A stretch of DNA of 64,000 nt, taken from the NCBI GenBank assembly GCA_963812945.1, contig CAWEXD010000003.1:132932-196931 (forward strand). The letters are read 5' to 3'. The notes under the pieces are model-generated. The model made no database searches. It was not told the origin of the DNA and was given only the letters and a program-made list of their open reading frames with translations. This stretch comes from an uncultured Candidatus Rokubacteria bacterium (lineage in GTDB: Bacteria > Methylomirabilota > Methylomirabilia > Rokubacteriales > DASRDR01). Below, piece after piece: positions 9,077 through 20,746 of this stretch (its first letter is position 1; each line of letters opens with the position of its first letter). The translations under genes and the position numbers were made by a program.

Positions 9077-10297
9077 TCAGGTCGCCTGGGGCTCGCGCAC
9101 CGCGCGGCGTAGCTCCTGGACCCGGTCCAGGATGAGATCGGCCACCTCGGCCTTGGCGCGCCGCGGCACCGCGACGGTGCCGCCCCAGCGGTCGAGCAGG
9201 ACGACCTCGTTGTCGGCGACGTCGAAGCCGATGTCGGCCCGGCTCACGTCGTTCGCGACGATGAGGTCCACGCCCTTGGCGAGGAGCTTGGCCCGGGCGT
9301 GCTCGCGGAGCTCGTGCGTCTCGGCGGCGAAGCCGACGAGGAACCGGGTGCCCTTCCGCAGGGAGAGCTCGCGCAGGATGTCCGGCGTCGGCGCGAGGTC
9401 GATCGCGAGCCCGTCCCGCTTGGAGGGAATCTTCTCGGTCGCAGGCCGGACCGCCTGGTAGTCCGCCACGGCCGCCGCCTTGATCACGACCGTCGCGGCC
9501 TCGACCGCGTGGAAGACCGCGTCTCGCATCTCGAGCGCGGTCTGCACCGGGATCACGCGGACCCCGCTCGGCGGCGCCAGGTGGGTGGGTCCGGTGACGA
9601 GCGTCACCGCGGCGCCGCGGCGCGCCGCCTGCGTGGCGATCGCGTAGCCCATCCGGCCGGACGAGCGGTTGCTCAGGTACCGGACGGGGTCGAGGGCCTC
9701 GCGCGTGGGGCCGGCCGTGACCAGAACGTGGTCGCCCACCAGATCCCGCTGCGGCCACAGGAGGCGCTCGGCCGCCTCGACGATGTCCGTGACCTCCGGG
9801 AACCGGCCCTGGCCCCGGAGGCCGGAGGCGAGCTCCCCGTGATCCGGCTCCAGCACGGTCGCCCCCCGGCCCCGCAGGGTCGCCACGTGCGCCTGCACCG
9901 CGGGGTGCTCCCACATCCCCCCGTCCATGGCCGGGGCGAAGAGCACCGGCCCACGGACGGCGAGAAGCAGCGTGCCCAGAAAGTCGTCGGCGAGCCCGAG
10001 CGCCGCGCGCGCCAGCGCGTGAGCAGTGGCCGGCGCGACCAGCGTGAGATCGGCGCGCTCGGCCAGCGCCACGTGCTCCACCGCCGCCGGCTCCTGCGGG
10101 TCGAACAAATCGGTGAGGACGGGCCGGCCGGACAGCGTCCGGAACGTGAGCGGCGCGACGAACTCCTGCGCGTGCGCCGTCATCACCACGGTGACAGCGG
10201 CCTCCGCGCGACGGAGCTCCCGGAGGAGATAGGCGGCCTTGTACGCCGCGATGCTGCCCGTGACGGCGAGGATCAGCTCGCGGCCCGCTAGCGCCAT
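9077..10297 (-). CDS. coaBC: Phosphopantothenoylcysteine decarboxylase/ligase CoaBC
   Basis: VTGSIAAYK, APAMDGGMW, VTAGPTREALDPVRYLSNRSSGRMG, VGFAAET. Confidence 0.96.
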   Translation of the reverse strand: MALAGRELILAVTGSIAAYKAAYLLRELRRAEAAVTVVMTAHAQEFVAPLTFRTLSGRPVLTDLFDPQEPAAVEHVALAERADLTLVAPATAHALARAALGLADDFLGTLLLAVRGPVLFAPAMDGGMWEHPAVQAHVATLRGRGATVLEPDHGELASGLRGQGRFPEVTDIVEAAERLLWPQRDLVGDHVLVTAGPTREALDPVRYLSNRSSGRMGYAIATQAARRGAAVTLVTGPTHLAPPSGVRVIPVQTALEMRDAVFHAVEAATVVIKAAAVADYQAVRPATEKIPSKRDGLAIDLAPTPDILRELSLRKGTRFLVGFAAETHELREHARAKLLAKGVDLIVANDVSRADIGFDVADNEVVLLDRWGGTVAVPRRAKAEVADLILDRVQELRRAVREPQAT

Positions 10298-10325
10298 GGC
10301 CCGCCTCCGGGAGCGCCCGTCGCCG

Positions 10326-10553
10326 TCAGGCCACGGCAGGCGGGGGCGTCTCGACCTTCTCCTCCGGCTTCTTCAGCTGGATCTTGCCTCCGATGCACTC
10401 CTCGAGGGCGACCGAGGTCCACTTCTTGCGCTTCGTCTCGACCTGGGGCTGCGCGCCCCGGTTGAGCTGTCGGCTCCGCTTGGCGGCGAGCACGACGAGG
10501 ACGTAGCGGTTCGAGATCTGCTCGAGACACTTCTCCAGCGGTGGGAAGGACAT
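10326..10553 (-). CDS. rpoZ: RNA polymerase omega subunit
   Basis: ISNRYVLVVLAAKRSRQL, between gmk and coaBC; ATG overlaps gmk stop (TGATG). Confidence 0.9.
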   Translation of the reverse strand: MSFPPLEKCLEQISNRYVLVVLAAKRSRQLNRGAQPQVETKRKKWTSVALEECIGGKIQLKKPEEKVETPPPAVA

Positions 10554-11209
10554 CAGGCAGCGCCTCCCGGGAGAGTCGCCTGGACTCCCCCGCCCACCGG
10601 GAGATCCGGCAGGGTCAGGGTGAGACGGGACGTGCGGCAACGCTCGGCTTCGATGATACACGCGAGCTGCCGCAGGGCCTCGTCGAGATGACGGTTGACG
10701 ATCACGTAGTCATATTCACGCCAGGCGGCGATCTCGTCCACCGCCCGCGCGAGGCGGCGAGCGATCTCGCGGAGCGCGTCCGACTTGCGCTCCCGGAGCC
10801 GGCCTTCGAGCTCACGCATCGAGGGGGCCACGACGAAGACGTAGAGGCCCTGGGGGTAGCGGGCCCGGAGCTGCCGGGCCCCTTGGGTGTCGATGTCGAG
10901 AAGGATGTCCTCGCCCCGATCGAGCACCGTCTCCAGCGTCCGGGCCGCGGTGCCGTAGAGGTGGCCGTGCACCCGGGCCCACTCCGCGAGCTCGCCCCGG
11001 TCCACCATCTGCTGGAACACCGGCTCGGAGACGAAGTGATACGCCTGCCCCTCGATCTCGCCCGGTCGCGGGTTGCGGGTCGTGTAGGACACGGAGTAGG
11101 ACAGGTTCGCCACCATCTTGCGAATCTCTCGGCAGAGGGTCGTCTTCCCGGCCCCGGACGGGGCCGACACGACGATGAGCATGCCTCGACGCGACGACGC
11201 GGCAGTCAC
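10553..11209 (-). CDS. gmk: Guanylate kinase
   Basis: VSAPSGAGKTT, SVSYTTRNPRPGE, LYGT, DIDTQGA; GTG start overlaps yicC stop. Confidence 0.95.
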   Translation of the reverse strand: MTAASSRRGMLIVVSAPSGAGKTTLCREIRKMVANLSYSVSYTTRNPRPGEIEGQAYHFVSEPVFQQMVDRGELAEWARVHGHLYGTAARTLETVLDRGEDILLDIDTQGARQLRARYPQGLYVFVVAPSMRELEGRLRERKSDALREIARRLARAVDEIAAWREYDYVIVNRHLDEALRQLACIIEAERCRTSRLTLTLPDLPVGGGVQATLPGGAA

Positions 11210-12091
11210 TCGACGTTCTGCACCTGCTCCCGGATGCGCTCGACCAGCGTCCGCGCCTCCAGGAGCCCCGCGGCCAGCTCGGTATCGTCCGCCTTCGACG
11301 CGATGGTGTTGACCTCCCGGTGGAGCTCCTGGGTCAGGAAGTCGAGCTGCCGGCCCACCGCGCCGCCGGCCGCGAGAAGGCTCTGGAACTGCGCGAGATG
11401 GGAGCGGAGCCGGGCCAGCTCCTCCGCGACGTCGCTCCGGGCCGCCCAGGTGGCCACCTCCTGGGCCAGACGCCCAGGGTCCGCGGGCGTCTCGCCCAGG
11501 ATCGCCTGGACGCGATCCCGGAGACGGCTCTGGATCCGCGCGAGCGCTGCCGGGAGCAGCGCTTCGGCGTCCGCGCACCCAGCGTCCGAGCGCATCGAGG
11601 TGGGCCCCGAGGTCTCGGGCCAGCGCCGCGCCTTCGGTCAGACGCATCCGGCCGAGCTCGTCGAGCGCCTCCGTCGCGGCGGTCTTCACGAGCACTGCGC
11701 TCTCGCCATCCTCGTCCTCGGCTTCCTCGACCGTCACGACGCCCGGCAGGCGGAGGAGATCGGCGACCGTCAGGTCGGGCGCCACCCCGACCGCGTCGCT
11801 CAACGCGCGCGCGCCCCGCGCGTACTCCAGGCCGAGCGCGACGTCCGTCCGCACGGCGGTGGCGCTTCCGCCGGTCCGACGCAGGGTGATGGTGAGGTCG
11901 ACCCGACCACGGGCGATCCGCCCCTGGACCAGCCGGCGGACGTCGGGCTCGTGTGACGTGAGGCCCCGCGGGAGCTTGACGTTGGTCTCGAGAAACCGGT
12001 GGTTCAGGGAACGGGCCTCCGCGGTGAGGGCCGTCCGCGCACCCCGGACCTCGGCCCGCCCGTAACCCGTCATGCTGGCGACCAGGCCCAT
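11206..12091 (-). pseudogene. yicC: YicC/YloC family endoribonuclease, split by a +1 frameshift near 11575 (real or sequencing error)
   Basis: N-half SMTGYGR, SLNHRFLE, RGRVD in one frame; C-half DVAEELARLRSH, GRQLDFLTQELHREVNTIASK, IREQVQNVE in the next; one extra base in TGG GTG C GCG GAC. Confidence 0.85.
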
Positions 12092-12104
12092 GGGACTGGC
12101 TACG

Positions 12105-12134
12105 ATGCTAGCCGAAGCGGTCGGCGAGTGTCAA
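12105..12134 (-). promoter_or_regulatory. sigma70-type promoter of the yicC-gmk operon
   Basis: TTGACA-18 nt-TAGCAT on the minus strand, 13 nt before ATG 12091. Confidence 0.65.
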
Positions 12135-12346
12135 ACCGGGCGTGGAGCCCCTCCGCCCCGACAAAATCGAAAAATGTCAATATTAATACCGTGTTACGGT
12201 TAAGCTTGGGCCGTGAAATCGAACCGCCTCCTGGCGAGCCGTCCGGGAGGCCCTTCCGGCAAGCTTGCCAGATCGGCGCATTCTACGTTATTAGGACGTA
12301 TTGGTCGGCCTTACTAGACACGGGGGCCCGGACCCCGGGAGCGGGG

Positions 12347-12637
12347 ATGGGGAACGTGGCCGAGCGTCAGCCGATGCCGGAGAACCCAAGGCAGTACGTC
12401 TGCCCTTCCTGCCATCTCCACCTCCTCTCCTGGACCACGCACACCAAGACCATCGAGATGTTCCACAAGGTCGCGCTCTGGTCCGACTTCTGGACGGGCG
12501 ATGTCCGACTGATCTGTCAGTACTGTCTCGGCGCGACGGAGATCCTCCCGACCGCCCTGGTGGACCTCCTGCGCCAGCGTTACGGGTTCCACATCCCGCA
12601 GGCGACGCCGACGCCGCCGGGCCCGCGCCGCGACTGA
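12347..12637 (+). CDS. Small hypothetical protein with two CxxC pairs (putative zinc ribbon)
   Basis: YVCPSCH...LICQYCL, host-like codon usage; alternative start ATG 12374. Confidence 0.7.
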   Translation: MGNVAERQPMPENPRQYVCPSCHLHLLSWTTHTKTIEMFHKVALWSDFWTGDVRLICQYCLGATEILPTALVDLLRQRYGFHIPQATPTPPGPRRD

Positions 12638-12748
12638 CGCCGGCCCGCGCGCATCTTGCGCGTCGTCGCGTCATGGCGTGAACAGGCTCCGCACCCACTC
12701 GCGGTAGTCCCGACCGCCGATCGAGCGTCGGCGTCCCGAGAGAGACTC

Positions 12749-15406
12749 GTGGCCGAGACCCGAGGGCCCACGTCCCGCGCGGGGCGCGTCCGGGAGAGCG
12801 TCCTGGTCGCCCTCCTCCTGACGGCGCTGGCCATCGTCCTGACGTGGCCGGCCGCGGCGTTCCTCGGCTCCACGGTCAGCGACCTCGGCGATCCCGTCCT
12901 CACGACCTACGTCCTCGCGTGGAACGTCCACGCGCTCGGCGCGACTCCGCTCCGGCTCTTCGACGCGAACATGTTCCATCCGCACCGGGGGACGCTGGCC
13001 TACACGGACCATCATCTCGGTCTGGCGCTGCTCGCCTGGCCGGTGCGCCTCCTGGGCGCCGGGGCCGTCTTCGCCCACAACGTCGTCTGGCTCGCCTCGT
13101 TCCCGCTGACGGGCCTGACGCTCTTCTGGCTGGTTCGCCACCTCACCGGGCACGCGGGCGCCGCGACGGTCGCGGCCGTCCTCTACGCCTTCTCGCACTT
13201 CCGATTCGGCCAGCTGGGCCACATCCAGATGCTGAGCCACCAGTTTCTCCCGCTCATGCTCCTCGGGCTCCATCGGGCGGCGGAGAGCGGAGGGCGCTGG
13301 CGGGACGTGGCGCTCGCGGCCGGGGCCTTCGCGGTCCAGGCTCTGGTCACCGGGTACTACGGGTTCTTCGCGGCGATCGCGGGGGCGCTCTTCGTCGTCT
13401 GGCTCGCCGGGCCGAGCACGCGGCCACCCCTCGGCCGCCTGGCCGCCCGGGGCGTGCTGGCCGCCGCGCTGGTCGCGGTGCTCCTGCTGCCGTTCTTCCT
13501 CCCCTACCGGTTCGTCCGCGACGAGATCGGGCTTTCCCGGAGTCTCGAGGAGATCACGCATTTCTCGGCGCGGCCCGCGTCCTACCTGGCGGCGCCGGTG
13601 GTCAACCGATGGCTCGGGAAAGCCACGGCCGGGTTCCGGGGCGAGAAGGCCGTGCTGTTCCCCGGCCTGGTCGCGCTCGGGCTCGGGGTCCCGGGCTTCG
13701 TCCTCGCGTGGCGCGGACGGGGGGCGGCCTTGGGCGGGACGCCGGCAGAGGGCCGCCGCTGGCCGGCCGGGGTCGACGTGGCCTTGGCCGTGCTCCTCCT
13801 GGTGACGGTGGCCAACTGGATCCTGCTCGGCAGGGTCTTCCTCCGGATCGGGGCGTTCCGGCTGTCGCAGCAACACTTCGGCGCGCCGTTTCTCGGGCTC
13901 GCCCTGGCCTTCGCCGCGCGCCGTTTCGTCCAGGGCCGGCCCGTGCCCGTCCACGGGCTGGGCTGGCTCCGCCGGATCGGGTGGCCCAACAGCGCGGGGT
14001 ACTACGTCGGGCTGACGCTCGTCGGCGTGATCGCCTCGTTCGGGCCCTGGCTGGAGCTCGGGCAAGGGCTCCGGCTCCGCCCCGTCTATCGCCAGCTCTG
14101 GGAGTTCGTCCCCGGCTTCGACGCGCTCCGGGTCCCGGCGCGCTTCGGCGTGCTGGTCACGACGGGGCTCGCGACCCTCGCCGGGTTCGGCGCGGCCGCC
14201 CTCGCGCGACGGCTTCCCCGTCCCGGGTGGCGCGCGGGCGCGCTGGGCGCGCTCGGCGCCCTCGCGGCCCTGGAAGCCTGGGCCGTGCCGCTCCCGCTCA
14301 TGACCGTGCAGCCAGGTCCGGGGCCGACCGACCGGTGGCTCGCCGCCCGGCCCGGCGGCTCGGAGGCGGTCCTCGTCCTGCCGATGTACGAGCCCCACGC
14401 CGTGCACCTGGAGAGCCTTCGGCTGCTCGGCTCCACGGCGCACTGGCGCCCCCTGGTCAACGGCTACGCCGGCGTGTTCCCGGCCGACCATTCCGCGACC
14501 ATCACCCTGCTGAACACCTTCCCCGCGCCGGCGGCGGTGGCGCGCCTCCGGGCGATCCACGTCCGCTACGTGGTCGTGCATCTGGGGCAGTACCATTCGG
14601 AGCCACGGGCGCGCCTCGAGGCAGCTCTCGCGCTCCTGCCCCCCGGGGTCGCGCGAGTCGCGACCTTCGAGCACTCCCAGATCTTCGAGATCGGCCCGGA
14701 GGGCGCGCGGACGTCAGGCGAGACGGGTGGTGCGGACGAAGTCCCGCGCGCGCGCGAGCGTCGCGGGCTCGGCGAGGCCCGCCGCCCCGAGCGCGTCGAA
14801 GCACTGGGAGACGGTGAGCACGGCGTGCAGGCGGTAGCCCTTCGCGAGGAGGCGCTCGCGTCCGCCCTGCTCGCGGTCGATCAGGACCACGAGGTCCTCG
14901 ACGACGAGGCCGGCGGCCTCGAGGGGCTCGATGGCCTCCAGCTTCGAGGCGCCGTCCGTCACGATGTCGTCGATGACGACGACCCGCTCCCCCGCCTGGA
15001 ACGCCCCTTCGATGCGCCGCCGGGTGCCGTACTCCTTTGCCTCGCGCCGCGGGTAGACGAGCGGGAAGCCGCCGGCAAGGCTCGTGGCGACGGCGAGCGG
15101 GAGGCCCGCATACGGGATACCCGCGATGCGGTCAGCCCGGCAGCGCGACACCTCCGCCGCCATCAGCGCGCCCACCTGGGCCAGGACCGTCGGGTGGGAG
15201 ATCACCACCCGCAGGTCGATGTAGAAGGGCGACGTGACGCCCGACTTGAGCACGAACTCGCCGAAGCGCAGCCCGCCGATCTCGTGGAGCCGCCGGACGA
15301 GCGGACCCTGGCCCGGCTCGCTCACGCGGGGATCTCGGAAAGGATCGCGATCGCGGCGGCGGCCGGGTCGGTGGCCCCCGTGATCGGACGGCCCACCACG
15401 AGGTAG
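12749..15406 (+). CDS. Polytopic membrane protein, GT-C/YfhO-like glycosyltransferase; protein-like part ends about 14700 but the frame stays open to 15406
   Basis: [23 protein letters not shown], many TM segments, [30 protein letters not shown]. Confidence 0.7.
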   Translation: MAETRGPTSRAGRVRESVLVALLLTALAIVLTWPAAAFLGSTVSDLGDPVLTTYVLAWNVHALGATPLRLFDANMFHPHRGTLAYTDHHLGLALLAWPVRLLGAGAVFAHNVVWLASFPLTGLTLFWLVRHLTGHAGAATVAAVLYAFSHFRFGQLGHIQMLSHQFLPLMLLGLHRAAESGGRWRDVALAAGAFAVQALVTGYYGFFAAIAGALFVVWLAGPSTRPPLGRLAARGVLAAALVAVLLLPFFLPYRFVRDEIGLSRSLEEITHFSARPASYLAAPVVNRWLGKATAGFRGEKAVLFPGLVALGLGVPGFVLAWRGRGAALGGTPAEGRRWPAGVDVALAVLLLVTVANWILLGRVFLRIGAFRLSQQHFGAPFLGLALAFAARRFVQGRPVPVHGLGWLRRIGWPNSAGYYVGLTLVGVIASFGPWLELGQGLRLRPVYRQLWEFVPGFDALRVPARFGVLVTTGLATLAGFGAAALARRLPRPGWRAGALGALGALAALEAWAVPLPLMTVQPGPGPTDRWLAARPGGSEAVLVLPMYEPHAVHLESLRLLGSTAHWRPLVNGYAGVFPADHSATITLLNTFPAPAAVARLRAIHVRYVVVHLGQYHSEPRARLEAALALLPPGVARVATFEHSQIFEIGPEGARTSGETGGADEVPRARERRGLGEARRPERVEALGDGEHGVQAVALREEALASALLAVDQDHEVLDDEAGGLEGLDGLQLRGAVRHDVVDDDDPLPRLERPFDAPPGAVLLCLAPRVDEREAAGKARGDGEREARIRDTRDAVSPAARHLRRHQRAHLGQDRRVGDHHPQVDVEGRRDARLEHELAEAQPADLVEPPDERTLARLAHAGISERIAIAAAAGSVAPVIGRPTTR
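14714..15325 (-). CDS. pyrE: Orotate phosphoribosyltransferase
   Basis: [37 protein letters not shown]. Confidence 0.95.
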   Translation of the reverse strand: MSEPGQGPLVRRLHEIGGLRFGEFVLKSGVTSPFYIDLRVVISHPTVLAQVGALMAAEVSRCRADRIAGIPYAGLPLAVATSLAGGFPLVYPRREAKEYGTRRRIEGAFQAGERVVVIDDIVTDGASKLEAIEPLEAAGLVVEDLVVLIDREQGGRERLLAKGYRLHAVLTVSQCFDALGAAGLAEPATLARARDFVRTTRLA

Positions 15407-16056
15407 TCCGCGCCCGCCCGGACGGCCAGAGCGGGCGTGGCGGTGCGCGCCTGATCGTCCACGGCGCCACCGGTAGGACGGATGCCCGGGGTCACGATCA
15501 GGGCGTCACGCCCGAGGAGCCCCCGCAGGCGGGCCGCTTCGCGCGGCGAGGCCACGACGCCGTCACATCCCGCGTCTCGCGCGAGGCCGGCGAGGTGCAC
15601 CGCGTGCCCCTCGACCGCGACCGGCACGCCGAGCTCCCGGTGGAGCGCCGCCCGGTCGAGGCTCGTGAGCACGGTCACCGCCAGGATCCGCGGGCGATCA
15701 CGCCCGGCCGCGGCGGCGGCGTCGGCCGCCGCGCGCAGCATGGCCGTCCCGCCCGAGGCGTGAACGGTGAGGAGGCCGACACCGAGCCGCGCCGCGGACC
15801 GGACAGCTCCCGCCACCGCCGCGGGGATGTCGTGGTACTTGAGGTCGAGGAAGACGCGGCCGCCCCGGCGATGAACCATCTCGACCGCGGCCGGGCCGGC
15901 AGCCGTGAAGAGTGGGCTCCCCACCTTGAAGTGGGTGACCACCCCGGCGAGCCGCACGACGAGCGCCTCGGCCTCGGCCAGCCCCGGCATGTCGAGGGCG
16001 ACGATCAGCCGGTCGCGGGCCGCCCCGGCCGTGGCCCGGGTTTGGGAAGCGGTCAC
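15322..16056 (-). CDS. pyrF: Orotidine 5'-phosphate decarboxylase
   Basis: [37 protein letters not shown]. Confidence 0.96.
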   Translation of the reverse strand: MTASQTRATAGAARDRLIVALDMPGLAEAEALVVRLAGVVTHFKVGSPLFTAAGPAAVEMVHRRGGRVFLDLKYHDIPAAVAGAVRSAARLGVGLLTVHASGGTAMLRAAADAAAAAGRDRPRILAVTVLTSLDRAALHRELGVPVAVEGHAVHLAGLARDAGCDGVVASPREAARLRGLLGRDALIVTPGIRPTGGAVDDQARTATPALAVRAGADYLVVGRPITGATDPAAAAIAILSEIPA

Positions 16057-19000
16057 GCCTTCATGCTCTCGTAGTACGCCTGGAGCGGCCGGACCTCCGG
16101 CACGCCCGCCCGCTGCGCCTCGATCGCCTCCAGCGCGGCCTGGGCGCCGTCCATCGTCGTGTAGTAGGGAATGTTCTGCATGACCGCGGTCCGCCGGATC
16201 AGGTAGGAGTCCTTCCGGGCGCGCCCGTCCTCCGGCGTGTTGATGACGAGCGCGATCTCACCCTGCTTCATGAGATCGACGGAGTTGGGCCGCCGGCCCT
16301 CCGCCACCTTGTGGATGACCTGCACGGGGAGCCCGTGTCGCTCGAGGACCTTCGCCGTGCCCTGCGTCGCCACGAGCTGGAACCCCATCTCGGCGAGGCT
16401 CCGGCCGATGTTGACGATCGCCCGCTTGTCGCGGTTCCGCACCGACAGGAAGACGCGGCCGCGCTGCGGGAGCGTCGATCCGGCGGCGAGCTGCGACTTC
16501 AGGTACGCCGTTCGGAACTCGCGGCCCACGCCCATCACCTCACCCGTGGAGCGCATCTCGGGGCCGAGGATCACGTCGACGCCGGGGAACTTCACGAACG
16601 GGAACACCGCCTCCTTGACGGAGACGTGGGGCAGATCGGTGACCTCGCGCACGCCCAGCTCGGCGACCCGCGCGCCGAGCATCACCCGGGTCGCGAGCTT
16701 GGCGAGCGGCACCCCGATCGCCTTCGAGACGAACGGCACGGTGCGTGACGCGCGCGGGTTGACCTCCAGCACGTAGATCGTGTCGTTCTTGATCGCGAAC
16801 TGGATGTTCATGAGGCCCACGACGCCAAGCTCGAGAGCCAGGGCTCGCGTCTGCGCCCGGAGCCGTTCGGCCTGGTCGTCGCCGATCGAGTAGGGTGGCA
16901 GCGCGCACGCCGAGTCGCCGGAGTGGATCCCCGCCTTCTCGATGTGCTCCATCACGCCGCCGACCAGGACCTCCTGGCCGTCCGAGAGCGCGTCGACATC
17001 GATCTCGATCGCGTCCTCCAGGAACTTGTCGATGAGAACCGGGTGGTCGGGCGAGACGCGCGCCGCCTCCACCATCCAGTCACGGAGCCGCGCCTCCTCG
17101 TAGATGACCTCCATGGCCCGGCCACCGAGAACGTAGGACGGGCGCACCAGCACCGGATACCCGAGCCCGGCGGCGATCCTCACGGCCTCGTCGGCCGAGC
17201 GCGCCGAGCCATTGGGCGGCTGCTGGAGGCCGAGCTTCCGCAGGAGATCGGCGAAGCGCTCGCGGTCCTCCGCCCGGTCGATGGCGTCGGGCGACGTCCC
17301 CATGATCCGGACACCGGCGCGCTCGAGGGGGACCGCCAGCCGGAGCGGTGTCTGCCCGCCGAACTGCACGATGACCCCGAGCGGCCGCTCCCGCTCGACG
17401 ATGTTGAGCACGTCCTCCAGGGTCAAGGGCTCGAAGTAGAGGCGGTCCGACGTGTCGTAGTCGGTCGAGACCGTCTCCGGATTGCAGTTCACCATGATCG
17501 CCTCCACGCCGGCCTCGCGGAGGGCGAAGGCGGCGTGGACGCACGCGTAGTCGAACTCGATCCCCTGGCCGATGCGGTTCGGCCCCGAGCCCAGGATCAC
17601 CACCTTGGGGCGCGTGGTCGGCGGTGCCTCGTCCTCCTCCTCGTAGGTCGAGTAGAGGTAGGGCGTGTGGGCGACGAACTCCGCCGCGCACGTGTCCACC
17701 ACCTTGAACGTGGCGCGGACGCCGTGAGCGAGCCGGGCCGCGCGGACCTCCGCCTCGGCGCGGCCCGCCAGATCGCCGAGACGCCGGTCGGAGAAGCCGA
17801 GGCGCTTCGCCTGGCGCAGCGTGTCGCGCGAGAAGTCGGAGGTGCGCCGGAAAGCCTCCTCGAACTCGACGAGCTCCTCCATCTGGGCGAGGAACCACGG
17901 ATCGATCCCGGTCAGCCCGGCGATCTCCTCGCGCTCGAGCCCGCACCGAATGGCCTCCGCGAGGTAGAAGAGGCGGTCGGGGTTCGGCACCCGGAGGCGG
18001 TCCCGGAGCCCCTCCGGGTCCAGGCCCGGCTGGCTCATCCCGAACCCGGCCCGGTCCTGCTCGAGCGAGCGGATGGCCTTCTGCAGCGCTTCCTTGAACG
18101 TCCGCCCGATCGCCATCACCTCGCCGACGGACTTCATCTGGGTCGTCAGCGTCTGGTCCGCCTCGGGGAACTTCTCGAACGCCCAGCGCGGCACCTTCAC
18201 GACGCAGTAGTCGATCGTCGGCTCGAACGACGCTGGCGTCTCGCGGGTGATGTCGTTCCGGAGCTCGTCGAGCGCGTACCCGGCGGCAAGCTTGGCCGCG
18301 ATCTTGGCGATGGGGAAACCGGTCGCCTTCGACGCGAGCGCCGAGGAGCGGCTCACACGGGGGTTCATCTCGATGACCACGAGCCGGCCATCCGCGGGGT
18401 TGACGGCGAACTGGATGTTCGAGCCCCCTGTCTCGACGCCGATCTCGCGGATGATCGCGAGCGCGGCGTTCCGCATGAGCTGGTACTCCTTGTCGGTCAG
18501 GGTCTGGGCGGGCGCGACCGTGATGGAGTCGCCCGTGTGGACCCCCATCGGGTCGAAGTTCTCGATCGAGCAGACGATCACGACGTTGTCGCGGAGGTCG
18601 CGCATCACCTCCAGCTCGAACTCCTTCCAGCCGATGACCGACTCCTCGACGAGCACCTGGCCGACCGGGCTCTGCTGGAGGCCCCAGCGAATGGCGCCCT
18701 CGAGCTCGTCGGGGTTCCAGGCGACGGACCCCCCGGTGCCGCCGAGCGTGAACGAGGGGCGGATGATGGCGGGATAGCCGACCTCGCGGACGACGTCCCG
18801 CGCCTCCTCGAGGGTGCGCGCGAAACCGGAGCGCGGCAGCTCGAGACCGATCCGCTGCATCGCCACCTTGAAGAGCTCGCGGTCCTCGGCCTTCCGGATC
18901 GCCTCGAGCTTCGCGCCGATCAGCTCCACGCCATAGCGCTCGAGGACGCCGCGCTCTGCCAGGGCCACCGCGAGGTTCAGCCCGGTCTGCCCGCCGAGGG

Positions 19001-19265
19001 TCGGCAACAGCGCGTCCGGCCGCTCGGCGGCAATGATCTGCTCAAGCACCTCCGGGGTCAGCGGCTCGACGTAGGTCCGGTCGGCCATCTCCGGATCGGT
19101 CATGATCGTGGCCGGGTTCGAGTTCACCAGCACGACCTCGAACCCCTCCTCGCGGAGTGCCTTGCAGGCCTGCGTGCCCGAGTAGTCGAACTCGCACGCC
19201 TGGCCGATGACGATCGGCCCCGAGCCGATCAGCAGGATCTTCCGGATGTCCGTCCGTTTAGGCAT
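16053..19265 (-). CDS. carB: Carbamoyl-phosphate synthase large subunit
   Basis: [30 protein letters not shown], two ATP-grasp halves, 1070 aa. Confidence 0.98.
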   Translation of the reverse strand: MPKRTDIRKILLIGSGPIVIGQACEFDYSGTQACKALREEGFEVVLVNSNPATIMTDPEMADRTYVEPLTPEVLEQIIAAERPDALLPTLGGQTGLNLAVALAERGVLERYGVELIGAKLEAIRKAEDRELFKVAMQRIGLELPRSGFARTLEEARDVVREVGYPAIIRPSFTLGGTGGSVAWNPDELEGAIRWGLQQSPVGQVLVEESVIGWKEFELEVMRDLRDNVVIVCSIENFDPMGVHTGDSITVAPAQTLTDKEYQLMRNAALAIIREIGVETGGSNIQFAVNPADGRLVVIEMNPRVSRSSALASKATGFPIAKIAAKLAAGYALDELRNDITRETPASFEPTIDYCVVKVPRWAFEKFPEADQTLTTQMKSVGEVMAIGRTFKEALQKAIRSLEQDRAGFGMSQPGLDPEGLRDRLRVPNPDRLFYLAEAIRCGLEREEIAGLTGIDPWFLAQMEELVEFEEAFRRTSDFSRDTLRQAKRLGFSDRRLGDLAGRAEAEVRAARLAHGVRATFKVVDTCAAEFVAHTPYLYSTYEEEDEAPPTTRPKVVILGSGPNRIGQGIEFDYACVHAAFALREAGVEAIMVNCNPETVSTDYDTSDRLYFEPLTLEDVLNIVERERPLGVIVQFGGQTPLRLAVPLERAGVRIMGTSPDAIDRAEDRERFADLLRKLGLQQPPNGSARSADEAVRIAAGLGYPVLVRPSYVLGGRAMEVIYEEARLRDWMVEAARVSPDHPVLIDKFLEDAIEIDVDALSDGQEVLVGGVMEHIEKAGIHSGDSACALPPYSIGDDQAERLRAQTRALALELGVVGLMNIQFAIKNDTIYVLEVNPRASRTVPFVSKAIGVPLAKLATRVMLGARVAELGVREVTDLPHVSVKEAVFPFVKFPGVDVILGPEMRSTGEVMGVGREFRTAYLKSQLAAGSTLPQRGRVFLSVRNRDKRAIVNIGRSLAEMGFQLVATQGTAKVLERHGLPVQVIHKVAEGRRPNSVDLMKQGEIALVINTPEDGRARKDSYLIRRTAVMQNIPYYTTMDGAQAALEAIEAQRAGVPEVRPLQAYYESMKA

Positions 19266-19269
19266 GGCC

Positions 19270-19343
19270 GGGGTCAGACTTTGACTTCTTAACAGTTTCC
19301 CGCCGGCCCTGTCCGAAGTGTTTAGAAGTCAAAGTCTGACCCC
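19270..19343. repeat. 25-bp inverted repeat (1 mismatch) with 24-nt spacer, REP/MITE-like
   Basis: GGGGTCAGACTTTGACTTCTTAACA (19270-19294) vs TGTTTAGAAGTCAAAGTCTGACCCC (19319-19343). Confidence 0.9.
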
Positions 19344-19606
19344 TATTCCAGCAGCCCGTAGACGATGGAGACGCCGGGGGGCGCCTCTTCCCGGCGGACG
19401 AGGAACTCGACGAGGGGCGCCGAGCCGAGATACTGGACCTCGCCCGCGCCCGTCAGCCGCTCGCCGAACAGCCCGAGCCGCTTCTCCACCCGCTCGCGGA
19501 TGGCGTGCGCCTCGAGTGCCGCGGACGACTCGGTCGTGAAGGAGGCCCACTCGGGCTTCTGCCCGGCCTCCTCGGTCTTCCGATAGGCGACGAAGTACCG
19601 GGGCAT
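19343..19606 (-). CDS. Hypothetical protein (87 aa) between carA and carB
   Basis: ATG 3 nt after carA stop, GAGG upstream, host-like codon usage. Confidence 0.75.
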   Translation of the reverse strand: MPRYFVAYRKTEEAGQKPEWASFTTESSAALEAHAIRERVEKRLGLFGERLTGAGEVQYLGSAPLVEFLVRREEAPPGVSIVYGLLE

Positions 19607-19609
19607 CGC

Positions 19610-20746
19610 TCACCTGCCTCTCGACTGCGTGAGGAGCTCGATGAACCGCCGGAACAGGTAGTGCGAGTCGTGCGGCCCGGGGGCCGCCTCCGGGTGGTAC
19701 TGGACCGAGAAGACCGGAAGGCTCCGGTGGCGCATGCCCTCGCACGTGCCGTCGTTCAGATTCACGTGCGTGACCTCGAACCCGGCGGCGGCGCCCGAGT
19801 CCGGGTCCACGGCGAAGCCGTGGTTCTGGGAGGTGATCTCGACCCGGCCCGTGGCGAGATCCTTCACCGGATGGTTCGCACCATGGTGACCGAAGGGCAG
19901 CTTGAACGTCCGCGCCCCGAGGGCCAGCGCCAGGATCTGCTGGCCGAGACAGATCCCGAACGTCGGCAGGCGCTCGACGAGCCGCCGCACCGACTCGGCG
20001 AGGTAGGGCACGCCCTCCGGATCGCCCGGGCCGTTCGCGAGGAAGAGTCCATCCGGCCCCAGCGCCAGCACCTCGTCCGCCGAGGCGAAGGCCGGCACCA
20101 CCGTGACGCGGCAGCCTTCGGCCGTCAGCAGGCGCAGGATGTTCCGCTTGATTCCCGAATCGTACGCGACCACGTGGAAGCGCGCGGGCGGAGCGGCCGC
20201 GTAGCCCTGGCCCAGCCGCCACACCGACTCGCGCCACTCGTAGGGCGCCGGGCAGGACACTTCCTTCACGAGGTCCCGGCCGACGAGCCCCGGGGAGGCC
20301 TTCGCCTTGGCGACCAGCCGCCGGGGATCCTGGTCCCCGGTCGCGATGACGCCCTCCTGCGCGCCGCGGTCGCGCAGGTGCCGGGTGAGGGCGCGGGTGT
20401 CGATGCCCTGGATCCCCACGATTCCGTGGCGGCGGAGGTACTCGTCGAGCGTCGCGGTCGCCCGCCAGGAGGACGACACGGGCGACGCCTCGCGGACCAC
20501 GAAGCCCTCGGCCCACGGCCGCCCGGACTCCGGGTCCTCCTCGTTCACCCCGGTGTTGCCGATGTGCGGGTACGTCATGCAGACGATCTGTCCCTTGTAG
20601 GAGGGGTCCGTGAGGATCTCCTGGTACCCGGTCATCGCCGTGTTGAACACGACCTCGCCCACGGTCTCGCCGCGGGCGCCGAGGGCCTCGCCCTCGAAGA
20701 CCCGACCGTCGGCCAGCGCGAGGACCGCCCGCTCCGCGCGCATCAC
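19610..20746 (-). CDS. carA: Carbamoyl-phosphate synthase small subunit
   Basis: [47 protein letters not shown]. Confidence 0.97.
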   Translation of the reverse strand: MMRAERAVLALADGRVFEGEALGARGETVGEVVFNTAMTGYQEILTDPSYKGQIVCMTYPHIGNTGVNEEDPESGRPWAEGFVVREASPVSSSWRATATLDEYLRRHGIVGIQGIDTRALTRHLRDRGAQEGVIATGDQDPRRLVAKAKASPGLVGRDLVKEVSCPAPYEWRESVWRLGQGYAAAPPARFHVVAYDSGIKRNILRLLTAEGCRVTVVPAFASADEVLALGPDGLFLANGPGDPEGVPYLAESVRRLVERLPTFGICLGQQILALALGARTFKLPFGHHGANHPVKDLATGRVEITSQNHGFAVDPDSGAAAGFEVTHVNLNDGTCEGMRHRSLPVFSVQYHPEAAPGPHDSHYLFRRFIELLTQSRGR

